A stretch of 35,508 nt of DNA from Fidelibacterota bacterium (GTDB lineage Bacteria > Fidelibacterota > Marinisomatia > Marinisomatales > JABMOV01), in contig JBHHUC010000020.1 of assembly GCA_046861395.1 (NCBI GenBank), positions 1-35,508 on the forward strand, given 5' to 3'. The translations under genes were made by a program, and so were the position numbers. The notes beneath the pieces were generated by a model. It did not search any database. It worked only from the letters and a program-made list of their open reading frames with translations, and was not told where the DNA came from. Shown here piece after piece: positions 11,525 through 20,800 of this stretch. Each line of letters begins with the position of its first letter. Within the stretch, counting starts at the first letter, position 1.

Positions 11525-11989
11525 ATGAAAACGCGATACCACATTACTCTCATCCTATTGATTATCGGGGGATTATACGGTAAAGAATTGGTATTTGGAG
11601 AACCGCTCAGCCAGACTGAAGTCACGCCGGTTTCCACCATACTGGCTGCACCTGACGACTACGTCGGTAAGATTGTAAAGGTCCGCGGACCGGTTGTCGA
11701 TGTCTGTGCCAACCGGGGTTGCTGGATGGATATCGGCGGGGACGAACCATTTCAGAAGATCACCATCAAGGTGGAAGACGGGGAAATGATATTCCCGCTC
11801 ACGGCGAAGGGACATACAGCCATTGCCGAAGGTAAGGTGGAAAAATTACACTGGACTCGTGATGAAGTGCTGGAAATCAAAAAACACCAGGCTGAAGAAC
11901 AAGGAATCGAATTTGATCCCAATGATCCCAGCATCAAGGAACGAACCATTTACCGGATTCGTGGTATCGGAGCAGTGATCGAAGAGTAA
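11525..11989 (+). CDS. DUF4920-like exported OB-fold protein
   Basis: Signal peptide; VKVRGPVVDVCANRGCWMDI...VEDGEMIFP...AIAEG. CAGGAG RBS; start is GTG 11516 or ATG 11525. Confidence 0.75.
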   Translation: MKTRYHITLILLIIGGLYGKELVFGEPLSQTEVTPVSTILAAPDDYVGKIVKVRGPVVDVCANRGCWMDIGGDEPFQKITIKVEDGEMIFPLTAKGHTAIAEGKVEKLHWTRDEVLEIKKHQAEEQGIEFDPNDPSIKERTIYRIRGIGAVIEE

Positions 11990-11994
11990 TTGTT

Positions 11995-12555
11995 ATGGCG
12001 TTTAAGTGGCGTAAATGGAATAATATCCTGCACCGGGACCTGGGCTATCTGGCTTTCGGTCTCACCTTGATCTATGCCATCTCCGGCGTGGCGGTCAATC
12101 ATGTTGGGGACTGGAATCCCAATTATAAAATTATCCAGCGGGAAACAACCATCTCTCCCCGCTCTCCCGGGAAAATCCTGAGTCAGGATGAAATCCAGGA
12201 CATTCTCCGTGAATTAAATGTATCCGGAGAACTAAATAATGTTTACTATCCCAGTCCGGAAGAAGTCCATCTCTTTCTGGAAGGACATACCATTGAACTC
12301 CATCTGGCCAGTGGTCAGGTGTACGAGGAATTTGTCCGGGAGCGGCCCCTGCTCTATCCCATGAATTACCTACATCTGAATCATCCCAAGGAAATCTGGA
12401 CCTGGATGGCGGATATTTATGCCGTTGTTCTGGGCATTTTGGCTATAACGGGATTATTTATTCTCCGGGGGCCGAAGGGTATTACCGGACGCGGCGCCTG
12501 GTTAACGGGACTGGGCCTACTCATTCCCCTCATTTTTCTGATCATCTATCTCTGA
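11995..12555 (+). CDS. PepSY-associated TM helix domain protein
   Basis: RKWNNILHRDLGY...YAISGVAVNH; MNYLHLNH...WTWMADIYAV...ITGL. Confidence 0.8.
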   Translation: MAFKWRKWNNILHRDLGYLAFGLTLIYAISGVAVNHVGDWNPNYKIIQRETTISPRSPGKILSQDEIQDILRELNVSGELNNVYYPSPEEVHLFLEGHTIELHLASGQVYEEFVRERPLLYPMNYLHLNHPKEIWTWMADIYAVVLGILAITGLFILRGPKGITGRGAWLTGLGLLIPLIFLIIYL

Positions 12556-12560
12556 GCTCC

Positions 12561-13103
12561 ATGCTGCGGTTTCTGCTTATTACTGTCTTGGCTGGACAAT
12601 TGTTCGGTCAGAACATCTGGCATTCCCTCGATTCACTGGACCGTCAATTTTCCGCCCGAATTCAGGGTAAAAATCAATACCCGGCGCTAGACATTGCCAT
12701 GGAAAGCTGGGCTCTGGGTACACCGGCGCTGGAATGGGGTACGGCAACGTACCGAATGAATCGAAATTCCATCCTGACCAAAAAGATCATTATGGCGGAA
12801 ATCCTGGCCGGAACCATTTCCATTACTGCGAAATACATGATCCGGCGGCCGCGACCGGAAAGATCCTACCGTCCCCGGCTCTGGAACACTAGGATTACGC
12901 CCTCATTTCCCTCTGGACATACGGCGGCTTATGCCGCATTTTCAACCGTCATGGCCCAACAGTTTCCCCATTATCGGACCTTGTGGATCGGTTCGGCGGT
13001 ATTCACAGGAATCAGTCATCTCTATACGGGTAATCATTATTCCGGTGACGTACTGGCCGGTCTGGTGGTTGGATATCTTTCCGGGTGGATTGTCACCCGT
13101 TGA
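12561..13103 (+). CDS. PAP2-family phosphatase
   Basis: KYMIRRPRP (C1), SFPSGH (C2), SHLYTGNHYSGD (C3; His in place of the usual Arg). Confidence 0.85.
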   Translation: MLRFLLITVLAGQLFGQNIWHSLDSLDRQFSARIQGKNQYPALDIAMESWALGTPALEWGTATYRMNRNSILTKKIIMAEILAGTISITAKYMIRRPRPERSYRPRLWNTRITPSFPSGHTAAYAAFSTVMAQQFPHYRTLWIGSAVFTGISHLYTGNHYSGDVLAGLVVGYLSGWIVTR

Positions 13104-13113
13104 GACCATGATG

Positions 13114-13396
13114 TTATATGAACAATACGCCGATGGCGATTCCGACGCAGCATCCCAGACTGCCTCTTTTTTCTAATTTCCTTCAGTTCCTTGATATAAC
13201 CTTTACAATATCCCCTCTGATACTCCGGGCTTTCCGATGAAATGGCATCCAGCTGTTCCGGCGGGACTTGGGGTAAACCGGATATTTCATTTTGAACATA
13301 GATGGCGATCGGCATGACGGTGGTTGAATCGGCCGCCGGTTGTGCTAGAATTAAACCGGTAATACAGAATAGAAAAAACATTTTTATGCGTCGCAT
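13114..13396 (-). CDS. Small exported/membrane protein, probably frameshifted at an A6 run (ORF track frame 13037..13405)
   Basis: Signal peptide MRRIKMFFLFCITGLILA|Q. After the A6 run at 13167-13172, the +1 frame gives RGSLGCCVGIAIGVLFI and a stop at 13114. Confidence 0.55.
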
Positions 13397-13451
13397 GAGC
13401 CTCACCCCGTTTGTATTTGATGGAATTTATGGCCAGGAAACATTATGTTGC

Positions 13452-13465
13452 TTGATGTAAATCAA
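13452..13465. promoter_or_regulatory. FNR/CRP-family binding site TTGAT-N4-ATCAA
   Basis: TTGATGTAAATCAA is an exact match to the FNR consensus, in a divergent intergenic region. Confidence 0.6.
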
Positions 13466-13550
13466 ACGATATTATTGTTCCCGACCAATTCCTGTGGGGA
13501 GTCCGGGACAACCGTCGTAATTTCTATTTATGATTCATTCGGAGTTGCCT

Positions 13551-13886
13551 ATGATGACCTTTGAAAATACGGTGGGTGATATCGTCCTACTGGTCCTGCA
13601 CAACCATGAACCGCTGGCAGAATTGGGGATCACCCAAAACGGTTTATATGCCAAAATCCTGGGTTATGACGAAAACGGTGTATGGATTGAACATCCGAAA
13701 TTCAATATAACGACCAAGGTCGAAACTGATGAAGAAGGAAATACCAAGGTAACACAGAAAGCCGTGACCGCTTCGGTCCTTATTGCCTGGGCTTTCATTG
13801 TCAGTGTAGTTCACTTTCCTGGTGTGGATGGATTCGATTTCCCCAGTCCGTTTGAAACACATATCGGTTTTGACATTGATGCCTGA
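13551..13886 (+). CDS. Small hypothetical protein, possible Sm-like/SH3-like beta barrel
   Basis: GGAG RBS at 13541 favours ATG 13551. Sequence GDIVLLVL...LYAKILGYDENGVWIE...SVLIAWAFIVSV. Overlaps the start of the ABC ATPase. Confidence 0.7.
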   Translation: MMTFENTVGDIVLLVLHNHEPLAELGITQNGLYAKILGYDENGVWIEHPKFNITTKVETDEEGNTKVTQKAVTASVLIAWAFIVSVVHFPGVDGFDFPSPFETHIGFDIDA

Positions 13887-14805
13887 TATTGCCATTCAAA
13901 TAACGAATCTGACAAAATCCTATGCTGGTGTAAAAGCCTTACGGGGAGTTTCCCTGACCATTCCACAGGGATGCTTTTTCGGTCTACTGGGACCGAATGG
14001 AGCCGGTAAAACCACCACCATCAATATTCTGACCGGTCTGGTTTTCCGGGAAATGGGAAGTACCGAAGTTTTCGGCCGGGACACGGTAAAGGATTTCCGC
14101 TTTACCCGTTCCAAAATCGGAATTGCAGCACAGGAATTGTCCGTAGATTGGTTTTTTCCCATTGAACGTCTCCTGCTGTTCCACGCCGGGTATTACGGCA
14201 TACCTAAAAAACAGGCCCAGAAACGGGTCAATTATTTACTTGAAACCCTGGGGCTGGCCGGTAAACGGGAAGCGCGGTTGCGTCAATTGTCCGGCGGAAT
14301 GAAACGACGATTCCAATTGGCCAAGGCTCTGGTTCATGATCCTGAAATTATTATTTTGGACGAACCTACTGCCGGCGTGGATGTGGAATTGCGACATGAA
14401 TTATGGGATTTGCTGCGTTCCCTGCACCAAGGGGGAAAAACCATTCTACTCACCACCCATTATATTGAGGAAGCGGAACTTCTGTGTAAAAAAGTTGCCA
14501 TCATCGATAAGGGAAAAGTCATCGCTCAGGATTCCCCCCAGGCTCTCACTCGTCAACTGGGACGGGCAGGGATCAATATTCATCTTTCCCAAGTACCTGA
14601 CACTCTCCCGGAAGTTCTGGGGGATTTTACCTATACCGTGGTGGACAACCGGCTGCATTTTACGGTTCAGGACCCGGATTTAGTCCTGCCAAATATCATC
14701 ACTACACTGGTAAATCATGGCGCCCACATTCATTCCGTGACCACGGAAAAGTCCTCCCTGGAAGACGTATTTCTCAGCATGACAGGAAAAGGAATTAACG
14801 AATGA
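13879..14805 (+). CDS. ABC-2 type transporter ATP-binding protein (YadG-like)
   Basis: GPNGAGKTT Walker A, LSGGMKRR signature, IILDEPTAG Walker B and TTHY H-loop. Start reassigned to ATG 13879. Confidence 0.93.
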   Translation: MPDIAIQITNLTKSYAGVKALRGVSLTIPQGCFFGLLGPNGAGKTTTINILTGLVFREMGSTEVFGRDTVKDFRFTRSKIGIAAQELSVDWFFPIERLLLFHAGYYGIPKKQAQKRVNYLLETLGLAGKREARLRQLSGGMKRRFQLAKALVHDPEIIILDEPTAGVDVELRHELWDLLRSLHQGGKTILLTTHYIEEAELLCKKVAIIDKGKVIAQDSPQALTRQLGRAGINIHLSQVPDTLPEVLGDFTYTVVDNRLHFTVQDPDLVLPNIITTLVNHGAHIHSVTTEKSSLEDVFLSMTGKGINE

Positions 14806-15572
14806 AGGGTACAAACCGGGTCGGACTATGGACATTGACCAGCCGTGAAGTCGGTCGCTTTTTCGCTGTCTATCGCCAGACCATTTTACCCGGTCTCATT
14901 TCCAGCACGTTGTATATCCTGATATTCGGATTTACACTTCAGCAACGTATTTCGGAAATAAATGGTGTTCCCTATACCCTTTTCATTATCCCGGGGTTGA
15001 TCATGATGAATACCCTGACCAACGCGTCCTCCAATTCGGCCTCATCCATGCTGCAGATGAAACTCCTACAACAGATTCAGGACATTCTCACAGCACCGCT
15101 GTCCAGTACGGAGATATCGCTGGCCTATATAATCGGTGGCACGGTACGAGGTGTGGTGAATGGGATTCTTATCCTCCTGCTCGGTATTTTTCTGATCGGT
15201 ATGCCGGTTCAGCATCCGATATTGACCATTGTATTCATTGTTATGATTTCCTGGGCCTTTGCCGCCATGGGACTGGTGCTGGGACAACTCTCCGATTCCT
15301 GGGATATGCTGGCCATGATGCAGAATTTTATCCTGACTCCATTGAGCTTTCTGGGGGGGATTTTTTATTCCATTAATATGCTACCGGACTGGGCTCAGGT
15401 CATCAGTCATATCAATCCCATTTATTATATGATTAACGGAATGCGGTATACCATTCTGGGGGTTTATGATTCCAGCCCGGCCGTCAGTTTTTCTATGGGG
15501 CTCTTGCTGACCACCGTCTTTACCGTTATTGCTATGCTATTCATGCGATCCGGAAAAAAACTGAAGGTTTAA
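14802..15572 (+). CDS. ABC-2 type transporter permease (YadH-like)
   Basis: Six TM helices; QTILPGLIS, FIIPGLIMM, PLSFLGGIFYSINMLP, NPIYYMINGMRY. Confidence 0.92.
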   Translation: MKGTNRVGLWTLTSREVGRFFAVYRQTILPGLISSTLYILIFGFTLQQRISEINGVPYTLFIIPGLIMMNTLTNASSNSASSMLQMKLLQQIQDILTAPLSSTEISLAYIIGGTVRGVVNGILILLLGIFLIGMPVQHPILTIVFIVMISWAFAAMGLVLGQLSDSWDMLAMMQNFILTPLSFLGGIFYSINMLPDWAQVISHINPIYYMINGMRYTILGVYDSSPAVSFSMGLLLTTVFTVIAMLFMRSGKKLKV

Positions 15573-15626
15573 CACTACAGCCCTGCCGGTCCCCTGCCAT
15601 AATACAAAATTTCTTTTCTTTCAATA

Positions 15627-15655
15627 TTCACTATTCAGCCTGCGACATGTAATAT
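15627..15655 (+). promoter_or_regulatory. Putative sigma70-type promoter for dnaE
   Basis: TTCACT-N17-TAATAT, ending 33 nt before the dnaE start. Confidence 0.35.
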
Positions 15656-15688
15656 CGTTTGCGGTTTTAGGGCCGTTTATGATCAATT

Positions 15689-18600
15689 ATGAAATCTGAA
15701 TTCGTCCACTTACACAACCACTCCGATTACAGCCTGCTGGATGGCGCCCAGAATGTGAATGTTTTGGTCAATACCATCGATGATCTGGGAATGGATGCCG
15801 TAGCTCTGACGGAGCACGGCAATATGTTCAGCGTCATTCCCTACTACAAGGCTGCCCACCAGGCAGGGATTAAACCCATTATCGGATGTGAAATCTATGT
15901 GGCCCAAGGCAGCCGTTTTGACAAGGCCAGTCGGGCAACCGGCGGCTGGGGCAATAATCACCTCGTCTTGCTGGCCCAGAATTATACCGGATATAAAAAT
16001 TTAATGAAACTGGTCACCTTCGGTTATCTGGAAGGTTTTTATTACCGGCCCCGGATTGATATGGAACTCCTGCGGGAATACAATTCGGGATTGATCTGCA
16101 TGTCGGCCTGTCTGAAAGGTGCGGTACCGGAAAAAATGTTACGCGGAGACTGGACCGGGGCGCGGGAAACGGCCTTGGAATTCGCCGAAATGTTTCCCGA
16201 CCGGTACTATCTTGAAATTCAGAACCACGGGATTCCGGAGGAAGCAGCTAATATTGAAAATATGGTCAAACTTTCCCGTGATTTAAACCTGCCGCTGGTG
16301 GCCACCAACGATGCTCATTACGCCATAAAGGATCACGCAGAAGCCCACGATATTCATATCTGCCTGGGAACCGGCAAGGACCGTAACGATCCCAACCGTT
16401 TGCGCTATGCTACGCCGGAGTTTTATTTCAAGTCCCAGGACGAAATGTTTGAGCTTTTCAACGCTTACCCCGATGCACTCGAAAACACTCGCCGGATCGC
16501 GGATAGTATCGATGTTGAAATTCCCATGGATACCTACCATTTGCCAGAATTTCCCATCCCGGAAGATGCTTCCACCCAGGATCCGGATCATTACCTGGAG
16601 CAATTGACCCGGGACGGACTCCGGGAGCGTTACGGCGAAATCACACCGGAATTACAGAAACGGATGGACCATGAGCTGGCCGTCATCAAGAAAATGGGCT
16701 TTGCCGGCTATTTTCTTATTACCGGGGATTTTGTTCGTTATGCCAAGGACCAATCCATTCCCGTGGGACCGGGGCGGGGTTCCGCCGCCGGAAGTCTGGT
16801 TTCCTATGCCCTGGGCATTACGACCATTGATCCGATCCAGCACAATTTACTGTTTGAACGCTTCCTGAATCCCGAACGGATCAGCATGCCTGATATCGAT
16901 ATCGACTTTTGTATCGAACGACGGCAGGAAGTCATTGATTATATCAAATCGCGGTACGGCGAGAATTCCGTAACGCAGATCATTACGTTTGGAAAGATGA
17001 AAGCTCGGGCCGTGGTACGCGACGTGGGTCGTGTATTAGGTTATTCCTTCGGGGAAGTGGACCGCCTGGCAAAGATGATTCCCGAAGGTCCCAAGGTAAC
17101 CTTGAAAAAGGCATTGGAAGAAAACCCCAAACTGAAGGAAGCGGCGGAAACAACCTATAAGGAATTATTTGATAATTCATTGATTCTGGAAGGCATGAAT
17201 CGTCACGCCTCCACCCATGCCGCCGGAGTCGTTATCGCTCCGGGGGACTTGACCGAATATGTTCCATTGTATAAATCCAACAAGGATGATATTACGACCC
17301 AGTATGACATGAAGGGGCTGGAGGATTTGGGTCTGTTGAAAATGGATTTCCTCGGCCTGCGCAACCTCACCGTCATAAACCGGGCCATTCAACTGATTGG
17401 GGAACGCCGTCAGGAAAATATCAATATTGAGAAAATCCCCATGGACGACCCGGACGTGTATTCCTTGTTTGCCAAGGGACTTACCATCGGCATTTTCCAG
17501 TTTGAGTCTTCCGGAATGCGGGAATTCCTCAAAAAGCTGAAACCCACCGTCATTGAAGATTTGATCGCCATGAATGCCCTGTACCGGCCGGGTCCGATGG
17601 AAAATATCGATGATTTCATTCAGCGGAAGCGGGGCCGGAAAAAAATCACTTATCTGCATCCGTCCATGGAACCAATCCTGAAAGAAACATACGGCATCAT
17701 TGTTTACCAGGAACAGGTCATGCAACTGGCGAATGCCATCGCCGGTTTCTCCCTGGCCGATGCTGATATCATGCGCCGGGCCATGGGAAAGAAAATCGCT
17801 TCCCTGATGGCCGAAATGTCGGAAAAGTTCATTGCCGGGGCTGTGGAAAGAGGCGTTCCCAAGAAAAAAGCACAGGAAATTTTCTTCCTGATCGAAAAAT
17901 TCGCCCAATACGGTTTCAATAAGAGTCATTCCACGGCCTATGCCTATGTCGCCTACCAGACGGCCTGGCTGAAAGCACATTATCCGGCTGAATTCATGAG
18001 CGCCAACCTGACCAGTGAAATGTCATCCACGGACCGGGTCGTGATTCTCATCAATGAATGTCGTAAACTGGGCATCAAGGTGAATCCGCCCGATATCAAT
18101 CTGTCCCGGATTCAGTTTTATCCGTCAGATGAAAAAACGATTACCTTCGGGTTGAATGCCATCAAGAATGTAGGCTCCAAGGCCCTGGAAAAAATCATTG
18201 AAGCACGGGAAGAAGACGGACCGTTTAAAACATTATTCGATTTTACAGCGCGGGTCGATTTGCGGGCGGTGAATAAGAAAGTACTGGAAAGTCTGATCAT
18301 GGCCGGGGCCATGGATTCCCTACCCGGCACGCGGGCCGCCAAATTCAAGGCCGTGGATGAGGCCCTCAAATACGGACAACAGGTCCATCAGCAAGGGAAT
18401 AAAAACCAGTTCGACCTCTTCGGCAATGGCGACAACGGTCAAAGTAATCTGATTCGCGAACCCGTAATGGGAGAAGCGGATGAATGGCCGGAACAGGAAC
18501 GTCTGGATAAGGAAAAAGAAGTGACCGGACTGTACATGTCGGGGCACCCGTTGCTGAAATATGCGGAAGAGCTGGAAGAATTGAGTACGTTCGATTTTTC

Positions 18601-19126
18601 TGAAAAAGTTAACAGCAGCGAAAATGATACCGTAAGAATCGGCGGCATTATCCACAGTAAAAAAATTCATATTGACAAAAAACAGCGACGCATGTGCTTT
18701 TTCAACATGGACTGTCTTGGCGGACAGGCGGAAGTGCTTTCATTCAGTCGCACCTATGCCGATTATGAATCATTGATTGAAGACGGTAATGTCGTTTTCA
18801 TTGTAGGACGACCCACGGATAATAATGATTTCACGGATCTTAAACTGATTGCGGAGGAAATTGTCCCCATTGCCAAGGCCCGGGATCATTTTTCACGACG
18901 GATTCATGTTCAGATCGATCCCAAGGTGCATACTGCCGATGATATCGAAAACCTGAGGGCTACGGCGGAAAAATTTCCCGGTCCCTGTCGCCTGGTTTTC
19001 ATCATTTCCAACGGTGAACGGAAACAGCGGATCATGGCCCATAACATCAAGGTGTCACCGGATAAAAAATTTCTGTCTCTGCTGCGGGAGTGCTTCGGGA
19101 AACGCAACGTCTGGATTTCAACATGA
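15689..19126 (+). CDS. dnaE: DNA polymerase III alpha subunit
   Basis: PHP domain HLHNHSDYSLLDG, GPGRGSAAGS, FERFLNPER..MPDIDIDF, KMDFLGL, YGFNKSH and a C-terminal OB fold. 1145 aa, no intein. Confidence 0.98.
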   Translation: MKSEFVHLHNHSDYSLLDGAQNVNVLVNTIDDLGMDAVALTEHGNMFSVIPYYKAAHQAGIKPIIGCEIYVAQGSRFDKASRATGGWGNNHLVLLAQNYTGYKNLMKLVTFGYLEGFYYRPRIDMELLREYNSGLICMSACLKGAVPEKMLRGDWTGARETALEFAEMFPDRYYLEIQNHGIPEEAANIENMVKLSRDLNLPLVATNDAHYAIKDHAEAHDIHICLGTGKDRNDPNRLRYATPEFYFKSQDEMFELFNAYPDALENTRRIADSIDVEIPMDTYHLPEFPIPEDASTQDPDHYLEQLTRDGLRERYGEITPELQKRMDHELAVIKKMGFAGYFLITGDFVRYAKDQSIPVGPGRGSAAGSLVSYALGITTIDPIQHNLLFERFLNPERISMPDIDIDFCIERRQEVIDYIKSRYGENSVTQIITFGKMKARAVVRDVGRVLGYSFGEVDRLAKMIPEGPKVTLKKALEENPKLKEAAETTYKELFDNSLILEGMNRHASTHAAGVVIAPGDLTEYVPLYKSNKDDITTQYDMKGLEDLGLLKMDFLGLRNLTVINRAIQLIGERRQENINIEKIPMDDPDVYSLFAKGLTIGIFQFESSGMREFLKKLKPTVIEDLIAMNALYRPGPMENIDDFIQRKRGRKKITYLHPSMEPILKETYGIIVYQEQVMQLANAIAGFSLADADIMRRAMGKKIASLMAEMSEKFIAGAVERGVPKKKAQEIFFLIEKFAQYGFNKSHSTAYAYVAYQTAWLKAHYPAEFMSANLTSEMSSTDRVVILINECRKLGIKVNPPDINLSRIQFYPSDEKTITFGLNAIKNVGSKALEKIIEAREEDGPFKTLFDFTARVDLRAVNKKVLESLIMAGAMDSLPGTRAAKFKAVDEALKYGQQVHQQGNKNQFDLFGNGDNGQSNLIREPVMGEADEWPEQERLDKEKEVTGLYMSGHPLLKYAEELEELSTFDFSEKVNSSENDTVRIGGIIHSKKIHIDKKQRRMCFFNMDCLGGQAEVLSFSRTYADYESLIEDGNVVFIVGRPTDNNDFTDLKLIAEEIVPIAKARDHFSRRIHVQIDPKVHTADDIENLRATAEKFPGPCRLVFIISNGERKQRIMAHNIKVSPDKKFLSLLRECFGKRNVWIST

Positions 19127-19569
19127 TTGCCGTTCTTCAGCGTGTCACTCGTGCTCAGGTTTCAGTGGACGGAAAGACCATTGGTGCCATCGATCACGGT
19201 CTTGTCATCTTGCTGGGGGCCATGGGTGATGATCATTCCGAAGATGTTCGGTTTCTGGTTAATAAGATTGTCGGGTTCCGTATTTTCAATGATAAGCAGG
19301 GAAAAATGAATCTTTCCATCCGTGATGTTCATGGCGCGGCCTTGGTCATCAGCCAGTTTACCCTTTGTGGTGACTGGCGTAAGGGCCGGCGGCCCAGTTT
19401 TGTCAATGCGGCCCCGCCGGAACAGGGACGGACTTTGTACGAAAAATTTATCGCCGAACTCAAAGAGGCCGGAATTCCCGTGGAGTCGGGTGAATTCGGC
19501 GCCATGATGGCCGTTGAACTTGTGAATGACGGTCCCGTGACCTTCGTCCTAGACAGCAAGAAGGCCTGA
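19123..19569 (+). CDS. dtd: D-aminoacyl-tRNA deacylase
   Basis: MIAVLQRV..A.V, RIF.D..GKMNLS, SQFTL, GRRPSF, GEFGAMM.V.LVNDGPVT. Start at ATG 19123 overlaps the dnaE stop. Confidence 0.96.
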   Translation: MIAVLQRVTRAQVSVDGKTIGAIDHGLVILLGAMGDDHSEDVRFLVNKIVGFRIFNDKQGKMNLSIRDVHGAALVISQFTLCGDWRKGRRPSFVNAAPPEQGRTLYEKFIAELKEAGIPVESGEFGAMMAVELVNDGPVTFVLDSKKA

Positions 19570-19627
19570 TGCGATACGGCCGTCTGATCTGGTCCGCAGG
19601 TCATGACGCCAATGGCAATGATCTAAT

Positions 19628-19657
19628 TTGATTTACGCTGAATCAAGCCTGTAACTT
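19628..19657 (+). promoter_or_regulatory. Putative promoter with overlapping inverted repeat TTGATT-N7-AATCAA
   Basis: TTGATT (19628) - N18 - TAACTT (19652); the palindrome at 19628-19646 covers the -35 region. Confidence 0.35.
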
Positions 19658-19678
19658 CTCTTTCTTGCTCTAAAGGAA

Positions 19679-20089
19679 ATGCACATGGAACGTAAAATCA
19701 GAATTCTTATGGCCAAACCGGGCCTGGATGGTCATGACCGTGGTATTAAAGTCCTGGCCGCAGCGTACCGTGATGCGGGAATGGAAGTAATTTATCTGGG
19801 ATTACGACAGACACCGGAAATGATTGTATCTGCCGCTCTCCAGGAAGATGCCGATGTCATCGCGCTGTCCATTCTTTCGGGAGCCCATATGACAATCTTT
19901 CCTCGGGTCAAGACTCTGATGGACGAAAAAGGCCTGAATGATGTCCTGTTAACCGGTGGGGGAATTATCCCGGAAAAGGATATGGAGGCCTTGAATCGTC
20001 TCGGGGTGGGAAAATTATTTGGTCCCGGCACGCCCGTCCAGGAAACCATCGATTATATTACCGAATGGGTGAAAGCCAACCGTCGCTGA
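19679..20089 (+). CDS. Cobalamin-binding subunit of a methylmalonyl-CoA mutase-family enzyme
   Basis: [10 protein letters not shown] (DxHxxG), [19 protein letters not shown]. Confidence 0.93.
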   Translation: MHMERKIRILMAKPGLDGHDRGIKVLAAAYRDAGMEVIYLGLRQTPEMIVSAALQEDADVIALSILSGAHMTIFPRVKTLMDEKGLNDVLLTGGGIIPEKDMEALNRLGVGKLFGPGTPVQETIDYITEWVKANRR

Positions 20090-20800
20090 ATGGATTTATT
20101 GTCAAAAACAGAACTGGAAGATTATTTCGCCGATCGTCTGGATACGTCGTTGTATCCTTTCCTTGCCGAAGCCTATTTATCCGCCGGCGATGTTTCCCGG
20201 GCCCGTAAAGTATGCCAGATCGGGTTAAAACAACATCCCGATGATGGGGACGGCTGGTATCTGCTGGCACGCATTGCCCGCGCAGAAGACGATCTGATCA
20301 ATGCCGAAAAATGTTTGAAGGAAGCCATCGATTGTGGCCGGTCACATGTCCGGGCCAGAAGAGAACTAGCCGAGATACAAACCCTGCTCCACCGCTCTCC
20401 CAATACCATTATCAGTGCCTGGAAACGAGTGCTGCGTCTCATTCCAGATCACCCCGAGGCTGTGGCGGAAATTGAACGGTTACAGACCAAACTGAAAAAA
20501 GCGGATGGAGAAACAAAAGACAGCGTCCAATCGAAGCAAATAGAAAAACCGAAGAAGAAAAAAACAGTGACGGGTAAAACAACGTCATCAGCGGCCGGTC
20601 GGCCGGTTACAACACCGGTCAGTCCCCGGATGGCTACGTTGACATTGGCACAGGTTTATAAAGATCAAGGATTGTACCAGCACGCCCTGGATGTATTAAT
20701 TCTGCTGGAAAAAAAGGGCGTGAACCCTGAAGCCGTCGCCGAAGAAAAACAAATCGTGGAACGCTTATTACAACAATCACTTGAGGAAAACAATTCATGA
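20090..20800 (+). CDS. Tetratricopeptide repeat protein
   Basis: N-terminal TPRs (LAEAYLSAGDVSRARKVCQIGLKQHPD), Lys-rich linker, C-terminal ATLTLAQVYKDQGLYQHALDVL helix pair. Confidence 0.8.
   Translation: MDLLSKTELEDYFADRLDTSLYPFLAEAYLSAGDVSRARKVCQIGLKQHPDDGDGWYLLARIARAEDDLINAEKCLKEAIDCGRSHVRARRELAEIQTLLHRSPNTIISAWKRVLRLIPDHPEAVAEIERLQTKLKKADGETKDSVQSKQIEKPKKKKTVTGKTTSSAAGRPVTTPVSPRMATLTLAQVYKDQGLYQHALDVLILLEKKGVNPEAVAEEKQIVERLLQQSLEENNS

Noticed and set aside
17177..17980. 267-aa antisense ORF inside dnaE
   Set aside because: Antisense shadow explained by the codon bias of dnaE, with no domain signal.
15689..19126. Possible intein or split in DnaE
   Set aside because: The length is normal and the motifs are contiguous; no intein or homing-endonuclease signatures were seen.
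19570..19678. Possible cobalamin riboswitch before the B12-binding gene
   Set aside because: The spacer is only about 109 nt and has no recognisable B12-box or core motifs.
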